Shown here: positions 7,945 through 16,540 of the stretch, piece by piece
Numbering within the stretch: the stretch's first letter is position 1
How the letters are laid out: the number at the start of each line of letters is the position of its first letter
Virus record (IMG/VR): IMGVR_UViG_2541047774_000002
From: a virus
Lineage: Duplodnaviria; Heunggongvirae; Uroviricota; Caudoviricetes
Reading direction: 5' to 3' (one strand)
Length of the DNA: 21,199 nt
Position numbers and translations under genes: made by a program
The notes under the pieces: model-generated
Databases searched by the model: none
The model's input: the letters and a program-made list of their open reading frames with translations, nothing else
What the model was told of the DNA's origin: nothing

Positions 7945-10687
7945 TCTTATCCGTCAGGTTATCAGTGCGTCTGAAAACAACTGGCCTCATGTGCTGGGCT
8001 GCCTGAACATAAATGTCCCTGACTCTCCGCGCCGTCATGCTCCCTGCCCTGCATGTGGGGGCAAAGATCGATTCCGGTTCGATGACAACGGGCGCGGTAG
8101 CTTCATCTGTAATCAGTGCGGCGCTGGTGATGGGCTGGATTTAATTAAACGCGTAAATAACTGCGACACAACAGAGGCGGCGCTTCTTGCCGCTGATGTT
8201 CTGGGTATTGATTACCGGACAACGGAAACACCAGAAGCCACCAGCCAGAAACGGGAACAACTGGAAACCGAGCGCCAGCGACGCGAACAGGAGCGCCTGA
8301 AAAGGGCAGAGAAGGATGAACAACAAAGACGGGATACGTTTTCCCGTCAGTTTGATGACATGCGCAGAAAGGCTGTAAACGGCAAATCTGATTATCTGGT
8401 TGCGAAAGGGGTAGGTGATTTTACATTCCCCGTGTTGCCCGATGGATCTCTGTTGCTGGCGCTGGTGGATAAATCCGGCGCAGTCACAGCAGCACAGACA
8501 ATTACCTCACATGGTGAAAAAAGACTCCTGACAGGTTCAGCAAAGCGGGGGGCATATCACGCCATAAACGCACCAGAAACAACACAGAGCATCTTAATCG
8601 CAGAAGGGCTGGCAACGGCATTATCTGCCCATTTAATTCGTCCAGAGGCGCTGACAGTGGCGGCGATTGATGCCGGGAACCTGTTATATGTCGCCCAGGT
8701 ACTGCGGGATAAATTTCCTTCAGCACAAATTATCATTGCTGCGGATAACGACCACAGCGAAGGAAGACAAAACACGGGGAGAATAGCAGCAGAAAAAGCA
8801 GCTTTATCTGTTTCTGGATGGGTGGCATTACCCCCGACAGATCACAAAGCAGACTGGAATGATTACCACCAAAAACACGGCATTAAATGCGCCACAGAAG
8901 CGTTCAATAAGTCAATGTACCAACCACAGGGTAATGGCGTGAAACAGGAGCCACAGACCATTGAGGGAAGCGATTTTAAGGTTATGGATACCGACCCACT
9001 GAAACCAAGAATAGAAAGCCGCGAGGATGGTATTTATTGGGTATCTCCGAGAGCTGACAGTCAGAGTGGAGAAATCATCAATAACGAAAGCTGGTTATGT
9101 TCTCCGTTAAGCGTTATCGGTACTGGCAGAGACGATAAAGACCAGTATCTCATTCTTCGCTGGCTGTCGTTTGGTTCTGAAACGCCGACAACCGCTGCCA
9201 TTCCACTGGCTGATATTGGTGAACGTGAAGGATGGCGCACACTTAAAGCTGGTGGGGTAAATGTCACGACCAAAAGCAGCCTCAGAGCAATACTGGCAGA
9301 CTGGCTACAACGCAGTGGCTCTCGTGAATTGTGGCGTGTTGCTCATGCCACTGGCTGGCAATGCGGAGCGTACATCATGCCTGATGGGGAAATCATCGGA
9401 ACACCTGAAAATCCTGTGCTGTTCAGCGGGAGAAGCTCAGCCGCAGCCGGATATACCGTCTCAGGGAGCGCGAAAAGCTGGCGTGATAACGTGGCGCGTC
9501 TGGCCTTTGGTAACTATTCAATGATGACCGGGATCGGCGCAGCACTGGCAGCGCCATTGATTGGGCTGGTGGGCGCTGACGGGTTCGGCATTCATTTCTA
9601 TGAGCAGTCGAGCGCAGGTAAGACCACCACGGCAAACGTGGCGAGCAGCTTATACGGCAACCCTGATTTACTGCGGCTGACGTGGTACGGAACCGCGCTG
9701 GGGCTGGCAAATGAAGCTGCCGCCCACAATGACGGACTAATGCCGCTTGATGAAGTTGGTCAGGGCGCTGATCCTGTCAGTGTTTCACAGTCTGCCTATG
9801 CGTTATTTAACGGTGTAGGGAAACTGCAAGGCGCTAAAGATGGTGGAAACCGGGATCTAAAACGCTGGCGTACAGTGGCAATCAGCACCGGAGAAATGGA
9901 TTTAGAAACATTTATCGCTACTTCCGGGCGAAAAACCAAAGCCGGGCAACTGGTGCGACTGCTGAATATTCCGTTGAGTAAAGCAGTACGCTTTCACGAT
10001 TACCAGAACGGAAAACAGCACGCAGACGCACTGAAAGACGCTTACCAGCATCACCACGGCGCAGCCGGGCGTGAGTGGATTAAATGGCTGACAGACCACC
10101 AGCAACAGGCAATTAAAACTGTTCGTGACTGCGAAAGCAGATGGAGAAGTCTGATCCCATCCGATTATGGTGAGCAGGTTCACCGTGTAGCCGCGCGATT
10201 TGCCATTCTGGAGGCCGCATTGCTGTTAGGCGAGGTTGTAACAGGCTGGGATGCTCAGACATGCCGTGATGCGATACAGCACAGCTATAACGCATGGTTG
10301 CGCGAGTTCGGCACAGGTAACAAAGAGCATCAGCAGATTATTGAACAAACGGAGGCATTTCTTAATGCCTATGGGCTTAGCCGTTTTGCACCATTTCCAT
10401 ACAGCCCGGCAGATTTGCCCATCAAAGATTTAGCCGGATACCGTCAGCGTGGAGAACATGACGAAAGCCCAATGATTTTCTACACATTCCCGGCCACATT
10501 TGAAAAGGAGATCGCATGTGGTTTCAACGCAAAACAGTTTGCTGAAGTGTTGAAAAAAGCCGGGATGCTAACCCCACCAAACAGCGGTCGTGGATACCAA
10601 AGAAAATCACCACGTATTCAGGGACGACAAATAAACGTTTATGTACTCAATTACCAGCCAGGAGATTATAACTCATCTGAAGAATGA
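7928..10687 (+). CDS. replicative primase-helicase (zinc-ribbon + Toprim + P-loop NTPase), P4-alpha/PICI-Pri-like
   Basis: 919 aa; N-terminal Cys4 motif CPACGG...CNQCG; Toprim-like acidic motif IIIAADNDHSEG; Walker A EQSSAGKTT and Walker-B-like GLMPLDEVGQ in the C-terminal half; followed directly by iterons. Confidence 0.9.
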   Translation: MMRNIDLIRQVISASENNWPHVLGCLNINVPDSPRRHAPCPACGGKDRFRFDDNGRGSFICNQCGAGDGLDLIKRVNNCDTTEAALLAADVLGIDYRTTETPEATSQKREQLETERQRREQERLKRAEKDEQQRRDTFSRQFDDMRRKAVNGKSDYLVAKGVGDFTFPVLPDGSLLLALVDKSGAVTAAQTITSHGEKRLLTGSAKRGAYHAINAPETTQSILIAEGLATALSAHLIRPEALTVAAIDAGNLLYVAQVLRDKFPSAQIIIAADNDHSEGRQNTGRIAAEKAALSVSGWVALPPTDHKADWNDYHQKHGIKCATEAFNKSMYQPQGNGVKQEPQTIEGSDFKVMDTDPLKPRIESREDGIYWVSPRADSQSGEIINNESWLCSPLSVIGTGRDDKDQYLILRWLSFGSETPTTAAIPLADIGEREGWRTLKAGGVNVTTKSSLRAILADWLQRSGSRELWRVAHATGWQCGAYIMPDGEIIGTPENPVLFSGRSSAAAGYTVSGSAKSWRDNVARLAFGNYSMMTGIGAALAAPLIGLVGADGFGIHFYEQSSAGKTTTANVASSLYGNPDLLRLTWYGTALGLANEAAAHNDGLMPLDEVGQGADPVSVSQSAYALFNGVGKLQGAKDGGNRDLKRWRTVAISTGEMDLETFIATSGRKTKAGQLVRLLNIPLSKAVRFHDYQNGKQHADALKDAYQHHHGAAGREWIKWLTDHQQQAIKTVRDCESRWRSLIPSDYGEQVHRVAARFAILEAALLLGEVVTGWDAQTCRDAIQHSYNAWLREFGTGNKEHQQIIEQTEAFLNAYGLSRFAPFPYSPADLPIKDLAGYRQRGEHDESPMIFYTFPATFEKEIACGFNAKQFAEVLKKAGMLTPPNSGRGYQRKSPRIQGRQINVYVLNYQPGDYNSSEE

Positions 10688-10712
10688 GCTTCTTCATGTG
10701 CGTAGAAAAGGT

Positions 10713-10823
10713 GTTGGTTCAGTTGGTTCAGTTGGTTCAATTTGTAAATAGTATTGTTTTATAAGGATTTTATTCTTTTTATTGAACCAACACTGAACCA
10801 ACAACACGGTATTTTGAACCAAC
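10713..10823. repeat. iteron cluster / putative replication origin: 3 tandem GTTGGTTCA (10713-10739), AT-rich spacer, 3 inverted TGAACCAAC (10783-10791, 10794-10802, 10815-10823)
   Basis: Repeats counted directly; iterons flanking an AT-rich core directly downstream of a primase-helicase gene is standard satellite/plasmid origin architecture. Confidence 0.6.
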
Positions 10824-10873
10824 ACAATGTGACTGAATTGATGCGCACAACACCTGGCTGGCATCAGAGAGTG

Positions 10874-10950
10874 TTTTACGAGACTTTCGTAAAATCCTGT
10901 GTACAAGGGCGTGACGTTTTTGAAAGTGGGCACTACGAAATTTTCGTAGT
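10874..10950. promoter_or_regulatory. two related palindromes: TTTTACGA-n5-TCGTAAAA (10874-10894) and perfect 19-bp ACTACGAAA-T-TTTCGTAGT (10932-10950); candidate operator pair
   Basis: Shared TACGA(A/G)A...TTTCGTA half-sites about 40 bp apart; neither is followed by a T-run, so they are more likely protein-binding sites than terminators. Confidence 0.35.
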
Positions 10951-11143
10951 TCAAAAAACAGCCTCTGAGAAGTTGTTATGCCTGTTCAGCAAACCATCCA
11001 CATAGCTGATCGCGAATCAAATTACCAATGGAGCCAGAAGCAAGGGCAGAACTGAAAAGCGCCTGCCGTGAAGAGTAATGCGACACCATAAATATAGTTT
11101 TTAGAGTCCATAAAAAACCTGTCAAAACCTGACACACAGAACG

Positions 11144-11177
11144 ATGCCACCAGCTACTGAGCGGTGGCATTTTTTTG
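11144..11177 (+). terminator. rho-independent terminator (ATGCCACC-loop-GGTGGCAT then TTTTTT)
   Basis: Perfect 8-bp stem, 11-nt loop, 6-7 T on the + strand; separates the replication module from the downstream operon. Confidence 0.6.
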
Positions 11178-11271
11178 TGCTATTTGTTTCATATTTTGCA
11201 ATTACGATGATGAATATTGCGATTTGTGAAACTATAATAACTGTTGTTTTATACAGTTCTAAGGGGGCGTT

Positions 11272-11433
11272 ATGGCTATTTCAGTAAAGCCGGTATTGAT
11301 AAGTGAGAAGCAAATGGAAGCGATAAAGAAAATTCAGGAAGAGCAGCGTAAAAAATCAGGAATTGGAGTAGCGCCAACTCTGCATGAAATTGCACGAGGG
11401 TTAATAGATAAGGCGCTGGCAGGCTGTATGTGA
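11272..11433 (+). CDS. small protein (53 aa), possible small DNA-binding regulator
   Basis: Not in the ORF track (under 60 aa). ATG 5 nt after AAGGGGG; translation read by hand: MAISVKPVLISEKQMEAIKKIQEEQRKKSGIGVAPTLHEIARGLIDKALAGCM; stop 16 nt before the next gene; sits right after an AT-rich promoter-like region. Confidence 0.4.
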   Translation: MAISVKPVLISEKQMEAIKKIQEEQRKKSGIGVAPTLHEIARGLIDKALAGCM

Positions 11434-11449
11434 AAATGGATGGCATCGC

Positions 11450-11911
11450 ATGGAACTAAAATTTATTGATAACCCTGTGCGATTACAGGCCTTTCTTAAC
11501 GAGCCAGGCAATACCGAAAATATTGTTGAGCCGGGGCACACGTACTACATCAAGCCTGATGCGGTATATCTCGGCATCTACGAAGGATTAGTGCTGGCTG
11601 GCGTTCATGAAGTGCGTAACTTCTGGCATAGCGTTGTTGAATGCCATGCGGTGTACGACCCCGGATTCCGTGGTGAATATGCACTGCAAGGGCATCGATT
11701 ATTCTGCAAATGGCTTCTCGAAAACTCACCATTCCTTAACAGCATCACTATGGTTCCTGACACCACGAAATATGGACGGGCAATTATCCGTTTGCTTGGC
11801 GCTACCCGTGTTGGTCACCTTGATGATGCTTATATCAGATGTGGTAAACCCGTCGGCGTAACGCTTTATCAGTTAACTCGGCAACAATATAAGGAATTCA
11901 GCGAATGTTAA
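11450..11911 (+). CDS. hypothetical protein (153 aa); possible accessory protein of an ejection-protein module (P22 gp14-like position)
   Basis: Normal globular composition; stop overlaps the start of the 699-aa gene (ATGTTAA); the positional assignment is inference only. Confidence 0.7.
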   Translation: MELKFIDNPVRLQAFLNEPGNTENIVEPGHTYYIKPDAVYLGIYEGLVLAGVHEVRNFWHSVVECHAVYDPGFRGEYALQGHRLFCKWLLENSPFLNSITMVPDTTKYGRAIIRLLGATRVGHLDDAYIRCGKPVGVTLYQLTRQQYKEFSEC

Positions 11912-14004
11912 TTACCCATATAGCTCATAAACATCTCAATCGTGCCGTATACGAAAAAGGCGGTGATGGTGGTGCCTCTAAAGCTCAGGCGAAGGCCCAG
12001 CAGCAGGCAATTGATTTGCAGCGCGAGCAGTGGAATACGGTGATGAATAATCTCAAGCCGTATGCAGAAGTCGGATTGCCTGCTTTACAACAACTGCAAG
12101 GACTGATGACTCTGGAAGGGCAGAATAAAGCCGCGAATGATTTCTTTGGTTCTGGTTTATATAAAACACAGGCAGATCAGGCCCGTTATCAGAACCTTGT
12201 CTCAGCAGAAGCTACCGGGGGGCTTGGCTCAACAGCTACCAGTAACCAGTTATCTTCCATTGCGCCCATGCTTTATAACAATTGGCTCAGTGGGCAAATG
12301 CAAAATTATGGAAACCTGCTAAATGTCGGGATGAATGCGGCATCAGGGCAGGCAACAGCAGGGCAAAACTACGCCAATAATACCGGGCAACTCTTGCAGG
12401 GGCTTGGCGCTATTCGTGCAGGTCAGGCGCAGCAGCCATCCAGTCTTGCGCGTGGTATTGGTGGGGCGGCATCAGGCGCTTTAGCGGGTGCGCAACTTGG
12501 TTCCGTTGTTCCGGGTATAGGTAATGTCGCCGGGGCTATTGGTGGTGGGCTTATTGGTCTTGTTGGGGGGGCTTGGATTCTAATGGCGACATGGCAACTT
12601 GGCGGGCTGCCTAGCATGGCACCGCAAAATGATAATGCTCCTCGTTCTTCCGTTCCTCAGCCTGTGCAGTATCAGCAGCACCCAAACGTAGGTTTAATGG
12701 CGCTACAGGGGCTAAGAGGCGTTGCTGAGATTAATCAGCAGGCACGTCAACAACAGCGTAAAGCAGAGTTTCAGAAAGCATATGCCGGGGCTTTTGAGTC
12801 TGGAGACAGAAACAAAATGCGCAGTCTTATTTCTGAGTATCCAGAAGAATTTGAAAGCGTTCAGAAAGGGATGGGCTTTATTGATGACGACCAGAGAAAT
12901 TCTATTGGTCATCTTGCGACTAGTGCTCAAATCGCATCTTCGCTCGGAACTGGGGCATTTGGAAAATTCATAGCAGATAACGAAGATGAAATGCGTCGCT
13001 TGGGAATTTCTCCTGAGTCTGTTGCCGAAATGCATGTTAATGATCCACAGGGATTCCAGCGGCTTGCTGGTAGTATGGCACTGTTTTCTCTCGGTCATGA
13101 GAAGTATTTCGATATCAAAGATCAAATGGAAGGTCGGGATATTGAGCGTGGCAAGTTGGCAGAGACAATCCGCAGCAATCAGGCTGGCGAAGCACTTCAG
13201 GCGAGAGGGCAGGATATTAGCCGAGCAAATGCGTTAACGTCAGCATATGCACCAACAGCAGCAATGCAGAATTACAATCAGTACGCTCAAATGTTAAAGG
13301 CGGATCCAGAGGGGGCGGCGGCATTTGCGGCAGCGGCTGGAATTAATACAAACGCCAAAAAATTAATGAGTGTTAGAGAAAACGATGATGGCACTGTCAC
13401 AAAATACTACACAGACGGAAGTGAAGAGCAGGGAAAACTAAACCAGCCAATATCTGGAGATGGGTTTCGTCCAATAGCTTTGCCAACAGCCCAAAAGATC
13501 ATGGAAAAGTCGCCAGAAGGGGCTAAAAAAGCTGCTGGATTTGCATACAGGGTTAGGGATGCTCTTGATTCAATAGATACACTGAAAGACCAGCTTAGCC
13601 CACAGCGAGTGGCGATCATTAATAATGCTTTGGGTAATGGGACGCTGGCTAACTTAACGCTCAGCCCAACAGAGCAGCAATACGTTGTTAATGCTAATGA
13701 CGCAATAATGGCAATACTCCGTCAGGAAACAGGGGCAGCTATCGCACCTGCTGAAATGTCAAAATATTATCAAATGTATTTCCCTCAGCCTGGCGACTCC
13801 ACAAAAACCATTGATACCAAGCGCCGGAAGATGGAAAACCAGTTCAATTCGCTGAAAGCTGCTTCTGGTCGAGCTTATGATGCTTTGCGGGTTATTTCAG
13901 CAGTTGACAGAGGAACTTCTTCTTCGTCGCAGACATTGCCGCAATCTGAGCAGGTATCACAGCCAGCAGCCAGCAGTAACTTTTCTTCACTATGGGGTGA
14001 TTAA
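11905..14004 (+). CDS. large low-complexity protein (699 aa); candidate phage ejection / internal-virion (DNA-transfer) protein
   Basis: N-terminal EKGGDGG followed by a Q/A-rich coiled-coil-like stretch; Q/N/G/A-rich low-complexity region; glycine-zipper hydrophobic segment GSVVPGIGNVAGAIGGGLIGLVGGAWILMATW; essentially no Cys; translationally coupled on both sides. Confidence 0.75.
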   Translation: MLITHIAHKHLNRAVYEKGGDGGASKAQAKAQQQAIDLQREQWNTVMNNLKPYAEVGLPALQQLQGLMTLEGQNKAANDFFGSGLYKTQADQARYQNLVSAEATGGLGSTATSNQLSSIAPMLYNNWLSGQMQNYGNLLNVGMNAASGQATAGQNYANNTGQLLQGLGAIRAGQAQQPSSLARGIGGAASGALAGAQLGSVVPGIGNVAGAIGGGLIGLVGGAWILMATWQLGGLPSMAPQNDNAPRSSVPQPVQYQQHPNVGLMALQGLRGVAEINQQARQQQRKAEFQKAYAGAFESGDRNKMRSLISEYPEEFESVQKGMGFIDDDQRNSIGHLATSAQIASSLGTGAFGKFIADNEDEMRRLGISPESVAEMHVNDPQGFQRLAGSMALFSLGHEKYFDIKDQMEGRDIERGKLAETIRSNQAGEALQARGQDISRANALTSAYAPTAAMQNYNQYAQMLKADPEGAAAFAAAAGINTNAKKLMSVRENDDGTVTKYYTDGSEEQGKLNQPISGDGFRPIALPTAQKIMEKSPEGAKKAAGFAYRVRDALDSIDTLKDQLSPQRVAIINNALGNGTLANLTLSPTEQQYVVNANDAIMAILRQETGAAIAPAEMSKYYQMYFPQPGDSTKTIDTKRRKMENQFNSLKAASGRAYDALRVISAVDRGTSSSSQTLPQSEQVSQPAASSNFSSLWGD

Positions 14005-16109
14005 TGGCTAAAGCATGGAAAGATGTTATCGCCTCTCCACAGTATCAGGCGTTAGCACCAGAACAAAAAGCGCAGGCTCAGGAGCAATACTTCAATGAAG
14101 TCGTTGCCCCGCAAGCCGGAGAAAGTGTAGAGCAGGCTAAGCAGGCTTTTTATGCTGCCTATCCACTACCATCAACGAATGAAATAGACCGATCCCAATC
14201 AGCAACTCAAAATATTCAACATACATCATCTGATAATTCTCTTGCGTCAGGGTATGCAAAGTTAGCTACTCAGCAAAGAGAGGGGCTTGAGCGTTCAGCA
14301 GAACAGGGAGCCAGTCTTGGGGCTGCGATGCGCGATGCTATAACAGGCGAAAGCCGAATGACTCCAGAGATGGAGAGACTGCAAAATGTCACCTCTGCCC
14401 CAGAATTGAACTCACTAAGCATGGATGCCCTAAAGGCTGGATGGTCTCAACTTTTCGGCTCTGACGCGTCTCAGGAAAAGATTCTTCAGGGAATGGGGGC
14501 GACATTAAGGCAGGATGAGAAGGGGAATACTATCGTTTCTCTGCCATCAGGTGATTATGCCCTGAACAAGCCGGGTTTATCACCGCAAGACCTGACTTCG
14601 TTTCTTGCTAATGCGTTGGCGTTTACACCAGTGGGCAGGGCTGGAACGGTGCTTGGTGCCATAGGAAAATCAGCAGCTACAGATTTAGCACTACAGGGAG
14701 CCACCAGCCTTGCTGGTGGAGAAGATATTGATCCGTTACAAACGGTAATTTCTGCTGGCATTGGTGGTATTGGTAAGGGGCTGGAAAATACAGCGAGTGC
14801 GGTTTCGAGGGCTGTTCGTGGTGATATGTCGCCTGAAGCAAAGGCTGCTGTCGACTTTGCATCGGAAAGAAATCTGCCGTTAATGACCAGTGACATGCTG
14901 AAAGATAAAACCTTTATGCAGAGTCAGGCTCAGACATTAGGCGAAAGAGTTCCTTTTTTTGGAACCGGTAAGAATCGGCTGAATCAACAACAAGCACGAG
15001 AAAATTTAGTCAGAACATTTAGCGATGGTCTGGGTGGCATTTCTGATAAACAGCTTTATGAATCTGCGACTAAAGGGCAACAAAAATTCATTGAGGCAGC
15101 AGGAAAGCGATATAACCGCATAATTGACGCTATGGGGGATACCCCTGTCGATCTCTCAAACACGGTAAAAGCTATCGACAATCAGATTGCCGTGTTAAGC
15201 CGCCCGGGCAAATCTCAGGATAGAGCCGCGGTAAAAGTCTTGCAGCAATTTAAAGACGATATCACCAGCGGACCAAATGACCTGCGTCTGGCGAGGGAAA
15301 ACAGAACCGATCTTCGAAAGCGATTTATGGCGTCATCTGACACTGTTGATAAAGATACGCTCCAGAAAGCCAGCGATATTATCTACAAGGCATATACGGC
15401 GGATATGAAAAAAGCCGTAGCCAAAAATCTTGGAGCAGACGAAGCCATTAATATGGCAAGGGTTGATCGCTCATGGTCTAAATTCAATGACATGATGGGA
15501 AGAACGCGCGTTCAAAAGGCAATAGCCAGCGGCAAGGCCACGCCTGAGGATGTAACAAAACTCGTTTTTAGCCAAAGCCCATCAGAACGTTCTCAGCTTT
15601 ACAGGCTTCTGGATGACAATGGTAGGCAAAACGCACGAGCAGCCATAGTTCAGAATGCTGTAGATAAGGCGACTGATCCGTCTGGAAATATCAGTGTTGA
15701 GAAGTTTATTAATGCGTTACACCGGAACAGGAAGCAATCAGCAACTTTCTTTAAAGGCGTACATGGAAAGGAACTGGACGGCGTTATTAAATACCTCAAC
15801 GATACAAGACACGCGGCAAAAGCGAACGTTCAAAACTTAAATGGTCAGCAGCTTTATGGATTGTTAGTTGGTGGTGGCATCATAAACGCAGCAGTATTAG
15901 CGGGGATGCTAAAAACGGCTGCGTTTGTTGTTCCTGCTGCTGGTGCCGTAGGCGGAGCAGCGAAGGCATACGAAAGCCCTGTTATACGAAATGCCTTGTT
16001 ACGTCTGGCAAATACGCCAAAAGGTAGCACAGCATATGACAGAGCGATCAGTACGGTCACACAATCGCTCACCAGAGTCGCACAGGCATCACAAAAAGAA
16101 GCTCAATAA
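14004..16109 (+). CDS. large low-complexity protein (701 aa); candidate phage ejection / internal-virion protein
   Basis: TAATG overlap with the upstream gene; A/Q/K/S/G-rich, largely helical-looking; C-terminal Gly/Ala-rich hydrophobic segment LLVGGGIINAAVLAGMLKTAAFVVPAAGAVGGAAKA; no Cys; followed by a terminator. Confidence 0.75.
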   Translation: MAKAWKDVIASPQYQALAPEQKAQAQEQYFNEVVAPQAGESVEQAKQAFYAAYPLPSTNEIDRSQSATQNIQHTSSDNSLASGYAKLATQQREGLERSAEQGASLGAAMRDAITGESRMTPEMERLQNVTSAPELNSLSMDALKAGWSQLFGSDASQEKILQGMGATLRQDEKGNTIVSLPSGDYALNKPGLSPQDLTSFLANALAFTPVGRAGTVLGAIGKSAATDLALQGATSLAGGEDIDPLQTVISAGIGGIGKGLENTASAVSRAVRGDMSPEAKAAVDFASERNLPLMTSDMLKDKTFMQSQAQTLGERVPFFGTGKNRLNQQQARENLVRTFSDGLGGISDKQLYESATKGQQKFIEAAGKRYNRIIDAMGDTPVDLSNTVKAIDNQIAVLSRPGKSQDRAAVKVLQQFKDDITSGPNDLRLARENRTDLRKRFMASSDTVDKDTLQKASDIIYKAYTADMKKAVAKNLGADEAINMARVDRSWSKFNDMMGRTRVQKAIASGKATPEDVTKLVFSQSPSERSQLYRLLDDNGRQNARAAIVQNAVDKATDPSGNISVEKFINALHRNRKQSATFFKGVHGKELDGVIKYLNDTRHAAKANVQNLNGQQLYGLLVGGGIINAAVLAGMLKTAAFVVPAAGAVGGAAKAYESPVIRNALLRLANTPKGSTAYDRAISTVTQSLTRVAQASQKEAQ

Positions 16110-16113
16110 CTGG

Positions 16114-16137
16114 TTAGCCATGGATGGCTAATTTTTG
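16114..16137 (+). terminator. rho-independent terminator (TTAGCC-atggat-GGCTAA then TTTTTG) in the 18-bp gap between convergent genes
   Basis: 6-8 bp stem followed by a T-run on the + strand; the stop codon of the convergent minus-strand gene lies inside the hairpin. Confidence 0.5.
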
Positions 16138-16487
16138 TTCTTTGCTCTCATCCATAGGTAAAGAAGGGAAAGAACAAGACAAAAAACAGAGAATAGATAA
16201 CCTACCTCATATGGTGCGCCAAAAAAATTAGCTATTGATACGGGCAAAAAAGCTGAGGCGATCAAAATTGAAAGGCAAAAAATAAGCCCAGTAATATAGT
16301 TTATTAAATTCTTAAATGAGAAACGTTTTGCTTGATTTACGGTCTTAACGAACGATCGCTTAACGACGGATAAAAGCAAATAGATGGCGACAGTTGCTAA
16401 TGCCCCTTTCCACCAGTCTGGATATAGTTTTGCGACAATCAGACCAAGGAAAACCGTAAGCGTAAACTGACCGCCGTATGTAGCCAT
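16128..16487 (-). CDS. small integral membrane protein (3-4 predicted TM helices); 5' end interrupted by the IS66-family insertion
   Basis: Hydrophobic segments ALATVAIYLLLSVV, ITGLIFCLSILIASAFLPV, VGYLFSVFCLVLSLLYLWM; the first 11 codons of the track ORF (16456-16487) lie inside the IS left inverted repeat, so the native gene continues beyond the IS (see findings). Confidence 0.5.
   Translation of the reverse strand: MATYGGQFTLTVFLGLIVAKLYPDWWKGALATVAIYLLLSVVKRSFVKTVNQAKRFSFKNLINYITGLIFCLSILIASAFLPVSIANFFGAPYEVGYLFSVFCLVLSLLYLWMRAKNKN
16448..16455. repeat. target-site duplication GGAAAACC (left copy)
   Basis: 8 bp immediately outside the IS left end, identical to 18988-18995. Confidence 0.8.
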
Positions 16488-16540
16488 CAGACGAGAATTG
16501 GTAACTTAGACGCCCATCTGATATAGACGGACATCTAAGT

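Noticed and set aside
8141-10433. Several 60-95-aa ORFs on both strands inside the primase-helicase gene (8141-8326, 8502-8775, 9061-9710, 9902-10433)
   Set aside because: All lie within or antisense to the 919-aa ORF, which has coherent domain motifs; they are Arg/Ser/Pro-rich as expected for out-of-frame translation.
10713-10823. Possible CRISPR array suggested by the short tandem repeats
   Set aside because: Repeat unit is only 9 bp, copies are abutting or separated by AT-rich DNA rather than unique spacers of 30-40 bp, and an inverted copy set is present; this is iteron/origin architecture.
10754-11170. Track ORFs 10754-11005 (+) and 10976-11170 (-)
   Set aside because: They overlap the iterons, the palindromic dyads and the terminator hairpin, have no SD and low-complexity products; the region is better explained as origin plus regulatory DNA.
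12137-14896. Short ORFs inside or antisense to the 699- and 701-aa genes (for example the P/A-rich 12423-12617 minus ORF)
   Set aside because: Mirror images of the Gly/Ala-rich coding strand; no start signals; the long ORFs are translationally coupled and far more plausible.
11905-16109. Reading the two ~700-aa proteins as tail tape-measure protein or as a toxin/colicin-like pore former
   Set aside because: No tail or chaperone-frameshift genes are nearby, there are two consecutive large low-complexity proteins rather than one, and there is no recognisable receptor-binding or nuclease domain and no immunity-gene pattern; the ejection-protein-like reading fits the composition and the P22-attB locus better, though it remains unverified.
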